Position numbers and translations under genes: made by a program. The notes beneath the pieces were generated by a model. That model had not been told where the DNA came from. It saw only the letters and a program-made list of their open reading frames with translations, and searched no databases. A stretch of 51,038 nucleotides of DNA from Fonticula alba ATCC 38817. Its lineage: Eukaryota > Protista > Nucleariida. The stretch lies in NCBI GenBank assembly GCA_000388065.2, contig KB932202.1; one strand, written 5' to 3'. This document shows, piece after piece, positions 35,201 through 46,993 of the stretch (the first letter of the stretch is position 1; every line of letters starts with the position of its first letter).

Positions 35201-37073
35201 CCAATGCTCGGCGGTTATCGGCGCGCGAGCTCCTTGCGCCCCCCCCCCCCCCCCCCCCCCGTGGCCTCCACAGGCGGCCGGCCCCCGGGCGTCAGTGCCG
35301 GGGCGCGCGGCACGACAGGTGCGACCGGGGGCGCATTTTTCCGGCTACGCCGGCTTCAGGCACAGGAGCATTTGCAATGCCAGCGCCCTGCGGCGGGGGA
35401 GCGCCCCAAAGAGAGGGCGAGCGAGCGCACAGCGACACTAAGGAATCCCCTGCGGGCTCCGGGGAGCTTTCGGCCACTCTCTCCCTCTCCCCCTCCCTGT
35501 GCGCGCAGCCATTGCCCACGTCCCCTCCCCCACCCGGATGGGGGGAGGCCGGAGGCGCCGCCGGGCATCTTGGAAGGGGCCGAGGGCATGTGCGCCCGTG
35601 CGCGCACCTTCCTCCTCCATCTCCCCGCAAGCTCGGCGGCCCGCTTCCCCGGCGGCCCCTGGGCTCCGATAGTCTTCCCCCCCTGACATCCGGCCAGCCG
35701 CCGGGAGAGCGGCGCCGCCTTGTACAAGCAAGGTGGCCTGCCAAAAGGGCGCATTCCTGGCCCGGATCGTGCTTTCGCCGTGCGCCCCTCAAGCAGGCGG
35801 GGAGGGGGGAATCCCCCCCCCGGCCGGACTTGCCTCTGCTTCCCTGGCCCCTGGTTGCCTGGAGCAGGGGGCTTCGCAGCGGGGCACCGGCGCTCCGCAG
35901 GACCTCGTTCGAGCTCCGCCGCGGCCTGTCCCTCTCGCGCGGCTCCCGTTCCTCGCCGGCCGAGACGTCCCGAAAGCCATGGAGCACGCCTGTTGCTGCT
36001 CGCCAGTCGCCCCCGGCTCCCGCCCTCCCCCCCCCCCCCCGAAGCACCCCCCCCCGGCTGGCCACAGGGTAATATGTAAACCGCCGGGGCTCCCTCCTAT
36101 GCTCAGGGGGTATGCCTCACCGGCGCGCGGGTTAAGATCGACCAATGGTGGGAACTGCGCCAGGCTCCAATGGGGTGACCCGCGTCGCCCCCGCGCCGAC
36201 TCATCTGACGACACCGCAGGCCGGAGACCGCCTCACGGTGGCACAAGGGTTCCTCCACGGCCTCCGAGTCGGGTGCAGGCGTGTTTTCTTTTTATTTTTC
36301 CGCCTGCATCGCACCCCCGACAAGGACACGCGGCACCCCCCCCCCCCCGCCGCTCGGGTGTTGGCAACCCGCCGATCACTCCCGCCGGAGCGCGCGTGCC
36401 CGTCCACCGCCCTGACCGCCCGGAAAGACCGATGGCACCTAAGATCGCCCCGACGGGACAGCCTCGGGGGCGGCGCAGAAAACAGTGCCCCCCCCCCCTC
36501 GCGGGCGGGTGTGCCTCCCCTGCCTCGGCCCTGCACCTACATCCGCCCGTGCGTGTGTGTGTGTGTGCCTGTGCGCGGGGGAGGGGGCGCCCCGCAATAC
36601 GGGCGGGCGCCCTGGACGCCCCCGACGTGGCGCGGGGGGGGGGGGGGGGGATCATGTTGCGGGGTGCCGCTCACGCGGCTTGCTTTCAGATCGTGCGTGA
36701 GTTCTATTCCTGCCCCATCCGAGCCTCGGCCAGAGTCGGTGGAGCACGTCACGCCGGGCAGCGGCGGCGGAGGAGCGGAGGCCTGTGCAGCCACCGCCGG
36801 ATGCCGGCCCGTGCCTCCACTTCGGGGCCGTCGCCCTGCTGACGCCGGCCGCCGGCCCGGAGGATGGCTGGCGTATGCGGACGAGGCAATTCTCCCGCGG
36901 CTCTACCAGCCCATGACTCAGGGAGCCGGACCGATCGGGCCTGTTTGGCCGCACTCCTGCCCACTGCCCGCAGAGGAGGGCCTCGCAGAGGAGAGGAACA
37001 CCCGTGACCCTCTCGCTCGTTGCTCGCCGCTCGCCGGGGGGGGGGGGGGGGGGATCGCCCTCTCGTCCGAGCC

Positions 37074-37326
37074 TCATTGGTCTTTGTCAAAGACACCGGC
37101 CGAATTGGGGGCCGTCGAGTAGGGCGACAGGTGGTGAAGCTGCTGCCCGGAGCTGGCCGGGGTGTTGAGCAGATTGAATGACGATCCATAGTTGTAGGCG
37201 GCCGGGGACGTGGCCGAATCCAGCCCCGAGCCCGGGTGCTGATGCGGCCCCCCAGTCGGCACGGCACCGCCGTAGCCCGTGGGCTTTGTGGCCGGCATGC
37301 CGGCCCCTCCTCCGGAGAGGAAGCTC

Positions 37327-37365
<39 letters not shown>

Positions 37366-39394
37366 GTGCCACCGGCCACCAGGTGCGAGCTCCCGCCCCG
37401 AAGCCGATGAACCAGGGCATCGATGAAGGCTGCCACCGAGAAGATCCCTCCCACCGTGGCCGCCAGGCTGGTGACCAGGGACACAATCGAGCGCCGGTGC
37501 TCGCGATAGATGATCCGCATGGGCGACAGGTCGTAGTGGAAGACGATGCCTGTGTTGGATGGGGCGCATCCGCCCAAAGCGGCCCGAGGCGGCCCGAGGC
37601 ACCCCCGCCGCCCCCGGTGGAGATACGTCAGTTGGGCCAAAGCCCCGAGCCAAGGAGCAGGGGAAACTGCCACAGGGGGCGGGGGGCACATTTCACACGC
37701 ATGGCCCCGAGCTGGAATGAGGCGCAAAAGAAATGCAAGAGCCAGGCCGGCCCCTCCGGTGTGGCCCCGACACGAACCTGGAAGCATGTTGCTTGAGATG
37801 ATGTTCTGCGTGTGAAGCGAGGCCGAATACTGGTAGGAAGTCCGAGCCACCTTCCCGTCGTATCGGGTCAAGTCGGTGCCCACAATCTTGAGGAAATACT
37901 GGTACGTGGAGAGAGCCCCCTGCGGCATGACCTCCTCGGCGCCGCTGAGTGGCGTCACCAGCACCGGGCTGATGGCCTCCAGCCGCGAATCCGGGAAGAT
38001 CTCCTGCTCGTGGGTGGCCCCCGGTCCGGCTCCATGACCAAAGGGCGATCCAAAGGACAGGGCATCGATCCGGTGCGAGAAGTCAAGCAGGCGCCTTTCG
38101 TGGGCGTGCGTGTGCGGGTGTTTTGTTGGGGGTTTTTTTTCCCGCCGGATGAGCGATTACATGGACCAGACGGGCAACCAGCAGAGGAGGGGCGGCGGAG
38201 GGCCATGAGAAAAAAAGCAACGGGCAGCATGTCAGGATGCAGGGTGCTTGGCAGGCCCCTCCATCCCACTCACCCGGGGGCTGGAGGCGCCTGGCCGAGC
38301 CGCGGCACATGACTTCTTTCACTTGTCCCCCCATGCCCGGGGGGGGGGGGGGGTTCTGTGTGGCCCGTGTCCACCTCCTCAAGACGCACCCATTCATCTG
38401 GCCAATGACCTCCTTGATGTCGTGGACATGGACCTTCTTCTCGTGCATGGACTTGCCCGGGACAATGTGCATATTTCCCTGGACCTTGTTGACGGTGACC
38501 GTCCCATGGACGCGGCATCCCTGGCCCTGTTGGCGCTTCCCCTCGCTGGACCAAGCCTCGCGCACACATTGCTCCATGGATGCGGCGATCTGATCGGTGA
38601 AGGCCCACTTCCGAGCAACATACAGCCGGCGGACATCCTCACAGGAGTTGCAACAGTGGGTCGAGTGGTCCGAGGCCCCGTAACAGGGGCCGCAGTATCC
38701 CGGGGGTGGCGGGGAGTAGACGGCCGAGCGATCGGCCCCCGGTTGAACTGGACAGAGGGTGGCAACGGCCCGTGAGTGAGGATGGCGGCTGTGCATTTCG
38801 CCACCCCCCATGCGAAGGGGGCCACATTGCTGGCAACGTACTGGCCTCATCAATTTCACTGCCATCCGGCCGGAGCTGTGTCATCATCAGGCTCGAATCG
38901 AGGTTCGTCTGGTGCTCCCCGGCCACATCGACCACATCCACCGTCAGGGCTGCCAGCATGCCGGAGGGCCACGGGCAAGGCACACGTTAGGACCAGCATT
39001 TCGCACTGGCGATCGCACGAGTCGCGGGAGGCGCGCGCACCGAAGCACGGCATCCGGGGGAAGGTCACACTGAAGTAGATGTCCAGCTTCTCCGTGCGCT
39101 TGGAATCCACCACCAGATCGGCCTGGATGTCGCGGGATTTGAAACGCGCGATTTCCGCCACCGAGAGGGCCGCCACCAAAAGCGACGCCACCAAAGTCAC
39201 TGCGAGGACAGGGGGGGTCGGTCAGATACGCCCGGCCATGGCCCNNNNNNNNNNCCACCACCCAGGCAGGAGCGCGAGGCACGCCAGCATGATCACGCAC
39301 AGATGGCGCCGAAGTTTGTGCGCACTCGAAAGTCGTCGATGGTTTTCGGGAAGGCGTCCACCCGCTTGAGGGGGATCTTGGCTGTGAAGCCCAT
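37074..39394 (-). CDS. ERGIC3: ERGIC3/Erv46 COPII vesicle cargo receptor; 6 exons, ~503 aa
   Basis: Exons 39301-39394, 39041-39199, 38842-38949, 38390-38747, 37778-38094, 37074-37549. Motifs LKRVDAFPKTIDDFRVRT, VTFPRMPC, CGPCYGA..CCNSCEDVR (Erv46-type Cys cluster), GCRVHG..VNKVQGNMH, DFSHRI, YQYFLKIVGT, YQYS and PGIVFHYDLSPM. Confidence 0.93.
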
Positions 39395-40852
39395 TTTGCC
39401 GGGAAATGGAGCTGGGTAACACCCAGGACAAGGTCCCAAAGGGAGGAGGTAGAATGCCGCAGAGGGGCAACCGGCGAGGGCGAGAAGGAGGAAGGAAAAG
39501 AGGGGGGGGGGAGGAATCAGAGAGGGCGCGCGAAGGATGGCAAGTGGAGGAGAGGCTCACGATGGGGGTTCCATGGCTGCGGTCGGCATGGCCTCACGTC
39601 CTGAAAAGTAAAGAGCGAGAGAACGACACGACACTCCCCTCTTGCGACCTCCTGGTGACCCGGGACAGCACTCCGACCCGGATGCGCCTCAACAAACGGC
39701 CGATGGCCCCCACCCCCGCTCCCGGACCAAGCTGCGCCTAGCGCCGCCGCCAGCGAAAGATCCGCAGTGCGCCCTCCCCTCCCCCCCCCGCCCACCCTAT
39801 GGGACGGATTGACAACATCGGTCAGCTGTTTGGCAGGGAAAAACTCTGGCGCGCATTCCCCGAGGGGTAGCCAACAGACACCGGGGAATGTTCCTGTGCT
39901 CGCATCCTCCGGTGACCCTCTCGGGCCTCGGGGAGTAGAGCCCTCTGTCTCGGTGGAAGTTGGACAGTGTACCCCCCGGCCCTAGGGTGTCGTCGCAAGG
40001 CCGCCCTCCTTCCCCCCGGGCCCCGATCTTCGATGGGAGAGCTCCAAGAAGTCTGGCCGGATGTTCCGGACAATGGACGCCCCGACCTGTGGGTTGGCCA
40101 CGGCAAGCGTTAACGCTCGCTTGTGGGCTAAGTTCATGGGGCTGATCTTGAGCACGTGCCTCCTGGATCACTCTGCATATCCAGAACGTGGATCTCGTTC
40201 CCTCGCCGCTCCCGTCGAGCTGGCTGCGGGGCCGAACGACCGGCGCGGGTTGTTTCCTCCTGGGCAAAGAACCAATCCCCGGCGATGTGTGGTCGCTGCC
40301 TCGTTTTACTCACTTACTCACTCGCCCTCTGTGCCTCTCTCCTTTTGGGTCTCTCAGTTCACCCGGTCCTCTTTCCATCAAGACTCGGAGATATTATGAC
40401 CATGCTGGGCTTGAATCATCCCGGGAAGAAGGCAAAGAGCTGTCTTCCGGCTCCTCTTCTGCCCTCCCTCTTCGCCCGGAGACCCTCCTTGCTCGAAATG
40501 TAATGTCGCCAAACAACCCAGATTGCTGAGCACACTTGGCAGTCCCAGATGTACAGACACGTGTACACACACACACACACGCACGCACGCACGCACGCAC
40601 GCACACACACAGCAAAAGAGAGTAGCCGGGGGAAAATCAAGCAGATGCATTTGGTATTGTGTGGGGAGGGGGGGATATAGTGCGTTGCATGAAAAAAAGA
40701 CCCGCCAGGCGCGCACAGCCGCGGGGCCCCCGACCCCTTCCCCACAAACTGAGGGGAGAACTAGCACGGGAGGGTACACACTGCGCACGGCGTGGCTCCT
40801 TCCCTGGCTGAGGGAGAGAGCGCGAGAGAGAAAAACGGACACCCAAGCCCAT

Positions 40853-41386
40853 TTAACGGCGAGAGCCGGAGTAAAGCTGGACCTTGTCCATGACAATCTG
40901 GTGGCTGATCTCACCAGGCTCGCCGGAGAGGTTCATGGAGACGTGGTACGGGTGGAAGGTCTCCAGGACGGCACCCTGGTGAGTGCCGACCTTGGCCTTG
41001 GTCATCATGCGGACCGAGGGGCCGACAACCGAGACGAAGGCGAACTTGGTGGTGGGGATGCCATCGACCGGGTCCACGACACGGATCAGGCCGTACGCCA
41101 GGGAAGAGGTGTTCAGGTGGCCGGCCAGAACATTGGCGGGCTCCTCCTCGTTGCCAGAGGCCAGAACGGCGATCGGGTTGTTCAGGGCGTCGCCAGGGTA
41201 GTGGCACAGAACCCAGGTGAGGTGGCCATCGTGGACCTGCTTGATGGCGTCGATGGCCTCCTGGGAGAAGGAGACCTCTGCATGGGGGGGGGGGGGAAAG
41301 GCGACAAGGTGCGCGCGAGAAGGGTGGGGACGACATGGCGAGTGAGCAACAGAATGGGGCACACGTGGTGGAGGAGGAGCAAACGG

Positions 41387-41418
<32 letters not shown>

Positions 41419-42602
41419 ACATACCGGAGGACTTGCCGCGGGGAACAGTGCCGAGAGTGGGGCCGGAGCCCTTGACAATGCGGGCGCCAGCCGGGGCGGC
41501 AGGGGTCGCCGGGGCGGCGTTCTGGGTGTTGACGGTGTGGGCGCTCAGGGCGGTGTAGCCACGGACCTGGCGGTCATCGATGTTGTCGAGGATGTTGTCG
41601 GAGCGGCCACTGTGTCAAGCCAATGGGTCAGGGGCTGGGAGGGGCGCGCGCGCATCGGAAACATGTGTCTGCGGGCGTCTCGGGAAGAGACAGGGCAGAG
41701 GGGAGGAGGAGCTGGGGAAACGTACACATTCTCGGCGACACGCTTCTCAATATCGGCGGGGGTGATCTCGCTGACCTTGGTGATCTCGAAGTCAACATGG
41801 TACGGCTATGTAGCAGGGGCGAGGGCGAGGGGGGGGAGGGAGGGGGAGGGCGAGGCAGGCGCGTGTGTGTGTGTGTGTGTTTGCGTTTTCCGCGCGGTCG
41901 TGTGTACGAGCACACGCACCGAGGGAAGGTGGGGGAATGCAGGATGATGTGGTGCGGTCAGTTGGCTGGACAGATGGACACTGGTCGTATGTCGGCGGTA
42001 GTGTCTCGGGCGGAGGGGGGGGGGGGGGGGGGGACATACCTCGAAGATGCCGCGGCACTTGCCGAAGACAATGCCGAACTTGCCGCGCTTGACGAAGGGG
42101 ACATGGTCACCGAGCAGGTAGATGTACACGAACTTCACGGTGTTGGACAGGTCGAACTGCTGGTTGACACGGACTGTGTGTATGTGTGTGTGCGCGTGTA
42201 GACATGCAGAGTGAAGCGTCAGTGGATGGTGAGCCGCAGAAGGGAGGGAAGCAGGCCAGCGGGTGGCACGACGCACCGAAGGCATGCATGGCGCAGCTGT
42301 CGTCCATGTTGTTGATCATGTCCTGGACGTCACCCTCGCCGGTGGAGTGGAGAGCCAGCTCGTTGGGGTTGTCATCAGGGTGGACGGCGATGACCCTGCG
42401 GAAGACGAGGCCAGGGGAGAAGAGAAGAGGAACAGGGCAGGGGGGGGGCGCGCAGATGTAAGAAAGGGAAGTGGCGGGGGGAATGCCGACAAGGAGACAG
42501 GCGTCGAGCCGTCGCGTACCAGGTGTTGGGCTTGGCGTCGTCGCGAACGGCGGCGATGGCGTCGAGAAGAGTAGACTCAAAGGAAACGTCGGTGGAGGAC
42601 AT
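40853..42602 (-). CDS. Actin-binding protein with two tandem coactosin-like ADF-H domains; 6 exons, ~341 aa
   Basis: Exons 42520-42602, 42277-42395, 42040-42173, 41726-41805, 41425-41609, 40853-41277. Domain 1: AVRDDAKPNTWVIA..AFVRV..SNTVKFVYIYLLG..KRGK..FEPYHVDF. Domain 2: QVHDGHLTWVL..YGLIRV..TTKFAFVSVVG..MTKAKVGTH..FHPYHVSM. Confidence 0.85.
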
Positions 42603-43899
42603 GGCGTGTGTGCGTGTGCAAAAGGCGGGAGAAAGGTCCAATCCAACAAGAGAGAAGGCGGGACGTTGTCTCTCCCCCCGGGCGAGCCGGGGCCAGCGCC
42701 GCGCGCGGGGCTTTTAAAATGGCCCCCGGCTCCCTCGCTCTCTCGCCTTCGGCCCCTCTCTGCTCCCATGTTCCCGGGGCTTGCCAGGGGGGGAGGGGGG
42801 GATGATGGGGGTGGGAGGGCCGCTCAGGGGGGAGTGGACTGGCTTGGCGCTGGTCCGCCGAGCAGGTCGCCAGCAGCCGGGGCCAAGAGGTGTCCCCCCG
42901 CTCCCACCCCCGCCGGTAGCCCTCCCAAAGGCCAAGACGGCCTCCCCCGACTGGGCTCGGCCCGGTGTCGCTTTTCCCCCTTTTTGCTCCCTCTTTCCCC
43001 TTCTCTTTTTTGTTGGGTGCGCTCTCGTGGAACCACAAGCCGGGGGGGGGGGGGGGGGGGGGGGAAGGGGGGAATAGAGAAGGGGAGCCCACCAGGGTGT
43101 GGCCGGTAGACATGAACTGCCCCTGTCCCCCACCCCCCGTGTGGCCTAGTCGCCTCAGTGGGACCAGAAACAAGAGGGGGAATGCCCCTGGGCCGGGTGC
43201 TTCTCGGTGCGAATGCGCGCGGGCGCGCGAAGGAAAGGTGGGGCGGCCTGTTGCTGGGCCACAGCGGTTTACCCCGGGGGACCGAGGCTCCTCCCCCCGG
43301 CGTGCCCCCCTGCACTCCCACACCCCGACCAAGTTGCCAAGGGTACATGCCCTGTTGTGCGCACAGTCGAGCCTGGACAGGGGCGGGGGGGGGAGGGACC
43401 CGGCAGGACAAGCCGACTGGCTCTTGGGGAGAAAGGGCGGAAATCCGAATTTCAAAAATATAAAAAATAAACCACCGAGCGTGCCTTGCTCGGAATGTCT
43501 CGAGCCCTTGACTCATGCACGCCCACAGAGCCGGGCGCTCCTCCGGCGAGATCGGTCAGCCCCGCTCCTGATCGGGCGCGCGCGCCCCTCCCCGTGTAGT
43601 AACATCCCTCCTGGCCCCTCGCCCCTTGTTGGACACTTTCGGTTCTCCCTCGCGCCGCCCCCCCCCCCCCCCCCCGCCCAACATTCGCGCGCACGCCCGC
43701 GCCGCCAGCCGGCCGGCTGGCTCCCCGCCCGGCCTTGCCGCAAGAAATGCCAGGGCCTTCGAGAATTCGGCGATGAGCGTCTGGGCAACCCGGTGGGAGG
43801 CATTCCCCCAAGGCCAGCCCCCAACCCCCACTAGGGCCTAGTGTAATTGAGCAGGGCAGAAAATATGACAGATACATTCCGAGAGAGCACGTGCTTGAC

Positions 43900-46800
43900 T
43901 TATGGTACGTGATACAGGCGGTCCGCCACACGTGCCACCACATCCAGGAACTGGTGCATCGCGGCGAAAGTGCTTGGCTGGCCCTGGCCAGGATGCTGCT
44001 GTTGTTGCTGCTGCTGCGGCGGTGCTGGCTGCGAAGAGGACGCCTGCCGGGCGGCCGCCGAGGGGAGGTGGCCCTCGGACATGCCAGCCCCGCCACGATT
44101 GCCCCCTGTCAAGGACTCGGCCTGTGCTTGTTGCCAGTCCAATAGGTGCTGGCGTAGAAGTCTGAAGAAGACCCGCGCATCATCGCGGGTCAGGGCCGGA
44201 AGCTGGTTCAGCGCGGCGGTTTGCGAACCACCGGAGGAGGAGGAGGAGGACCCAGCGGCAGCGGCGGCAGCGGTAGTGGCAGCAGTGGACCCGGCGTCCG
44301 AAGGGAGGGGGAGCGCCTGGGCCTCGCCCATCGGCGACGCATCCATCGCCAGGGGGGCGGTCCCAATGGCGACAGCAGGAGTGGCAGGAGCAGAAGCAGC
44401 GACCGCCGCGCCGGCAGCGAAGTCCGCGGCTTCCCCCCCCGAGGCCGAAGGCTGGCTCGCCCCCGGCGGTCGGGCGGAGAGAATGGCGCTCGGTGGTCTT
44501 GATGCATTGCGATTCGGCGATGGCGATGGGGAGATCGTCCCCGTGGCCGAATGCTGCCCCTCGGATCCGGCGGACAGGTGGCTCATTTGCCGAAGGCTTG
44601 GCGAAGGGGTGACGCCCCCCCCTCCGGGCGGCCCGGCCCCATTGCCCCCGGTGGCAACAGACATCGTAGAGGCGGTCCCATGCTGGGACTGCTGGTGGAG
44701 CTGCTGCATGGACGGCGAGTTGCCGGCGAATGTTCCGCCCGTTCCGCCGGCCGCCGGCGACGCGAGGCCTCGCCTTCCAGTGGGCGCGCACCCGCGCCGC
44801 AGCGGATCCACCACACGCTCCAGGATGTCCAAAAGCACCTGGCGGAAAGTCCGCTCGGCCAGCAGATGGCTGGCCAGCGACAGGAGATTCGGCAAGAAGC
44901 GTCGCAGGAAGGCCCTGAGCGAGCCGGAGGGCCGGCCGAGCTCCTGCTCCAGGGCCATTTGCAAGGCGTCACGCAGGCGATCAAATTCCACCGTGTACGC
45001 CGCGCCCCGGAGGGAGGCCGCCGCCTCGACGAAAAGCGGGTCAATCTTGACCGACACGCATGCCGTGACCAGGGGCAGTTCCGGGCTGAATGCCGGATCC
45101 CGGCGGAAGTGCGCGTGCGTGCCATCCGTCCAGCCAGCCATCACGGCCACCAGACAATGCTCAATGTCCGTGAAGGGAACCTGCCATAGCCGCCGCGAGC
45201 GCGTAGTGACCACTGACGAGATGTTGCTGTTGGTGGAGGCCGCCACCGTCACCGGGGACCTGAAGGCAGAGCCCGATCGACTGGCCGCCACGGGCGAGGA
45301 GTGCCCATCGGCCCCGGTGCTGGAGTAGGCTTGCAACGTTGACAGGGAGGATTCCGAGGACATGCCGCCATGGGTGAGGCTGCTCATGCGCTCGGTCGAG
45401 TGAAAGGCCATTCCAACACTGGCCGAGGTGACGCCCAGCAGAGGCGCCGCCGACATGGAGCCCAGGTCGGCCGGGGCCGCGGCGGCCATGGCAGCGCGCT
45501 CCTGCGCACGCATCTCCTCAAAGCTTTGCGGCGCCGGGGGCCGTGGCGCCGGAGCTTCGACACTGGTGATGGCAAATTGGTGGGACAGCGAATCGGCAAA
45601 TTGGAACATCTGGCCGACCGGTGGTGCGCCGACATCAATGCGGTGATAGCGCGCGAAGATGATGCACGCGTAGCGGCTTACAGGGGGGGGGGGGGGGCAG
45701 CGAGGCGCGGGTCAGCATGCAGGCCCTGCATCGGGAGGTGTGACAGGTGAAGGGAGGGAAGAGGGCGGAGGAAGAAAAGAGTACGCACTTGACCAGCGCA
45801 TCTCCCAGGCAATAGGAGGACTTGATCTTCTCAGGGAAAGGCCCGGTCGTGTCGATGGCCTTGGTCACGCGTTTGAAGTTTTCCAGCTGCATTCGCGTGT
45901 CAGAGAGGGGAGGGGAAGAAAGGGGGGAGGGGGGCGACAAACAGTTGCACCACACAGCGACAAAGCTCATGGGCGCGGAGCAGCAAACACACCTGCCGAC
46001 GAAGCACGGTCTGTGCAACGGCCAGGATCTGGTCCGAGTGTGTCTTGATGTCAATGGCGGACGTGCGCGCGCCGGCGGCGCCAAGCAGACCGAAGGACAG
46101 CTGGAAAAGCAGCCCACTGGCGAAGCTCCCGCCTCCGCCGCCACTGCCGAGGGCGCCATCGCGAGTGGTCCCGGCAACCGGCCGCCCGAGGGGGGCCAGA
46201 TCGGCCGAGGAAAGCCCCGAGCCTCGGGAGATGCCCGTGGTGGCGGTGTCATCGGGCGCATGGAGGCTGGCCATGTCGTGCATCAAGGTGGCCCGGCGGA
46301 CGTAGCGCATGAGCTCCTCCTCCAAGAGCTTGCGTGTGGAGTTCCCCAGCTTGGCGTGGGAGATCACCTGGCGAGCGAGGATGTCATCGATGTGATAATA
46401 CTCGTCCAGTACCCGGGCTATGACGTGCCGCGGCAGGGGCGGGAGAGTGCTGACCGGGACGACAAAGAGGTTGGCCGAGTCTATCGTGACAAGTGGCGAT
46501 ACCAGGGGGCGGGGGCGGGGACGGGGGCGGGGGCGGAGGCGGAGGCGGGGCGGGGCGGGGCGATGAGGGACGTCGGCGTGCACATGTCAGGCCTGGTGTG
46601 TCTGCGGTCTGAAGCGCGCGGGAAACTGCGTGCGAGGGAAGGCGAGGGGGAGAGGGGGAGACAAAGAGGGCCACATACCGATCGGCGGCTCGACCAGGTG
46701 TTCTTCCATCAGGGCAAAGAGCCGGTATTGCGTAATTACATGGACCTGGACCTGGCCCGGGGCCAGCCGGTCGCGGAAGATTGGATGCTTCATGGCCAGG

Positions 46801-46993
46801 TGGGCTGCGGCGGAACCGGGGTGACAGCAGGCCTTTCGGTGAGGATGGACAGAGAGAAGGAGAAGGGGAGAGGATGGAGCCAGGCACGAAGGTGCACTGT
46901 ATGCGGCCACGCACCCGGGATGCCTCGTATCCAAAGCTGGAAGCAAACATAGTCCAGTCGGGTGGGGTGGTCGACGACCCGACAAAAGCCCAT
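43900..46993 (-). CDS. FIBP: FIBP (acidic FGF intracellular-binding protein) homolog with large low-complexity insertions; 5 exons, ~855 aa
   Basis: Exons 46915-46993, 46679-46804, 45993-46480, 45789-45886, 43900-45676 (2568 nt). Blocks collinear with human FIBP: PTRLDYVCFQLWIRG, QYRLFALMEEHL, LDEYYHIDDILARQVI..KLGNSTRK, RRQLENFKRVTK, RYACIIFARYHRI, RQVLLDILERVVDPLR, and RLYH near the C-terminus. An additional upstream exon cannot be excluded. Confidence 0.85.

Noticed and set aside
4978-39394. Clustering of endomembrane genes (CCZ1, SLC35C2, AP1M1, LAG1, ERGIC3) as a functional cluster
   Set aside because: They act in different compartments, are interleaved with unrelated housekeeping genes, and show no shared motif; trafficking genes are common.
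40853-42602. Calling the tandem ADF-H gene twinfilin
   Set aside because: The domains look coactosin-like and the basic C-terminal tail is absent.
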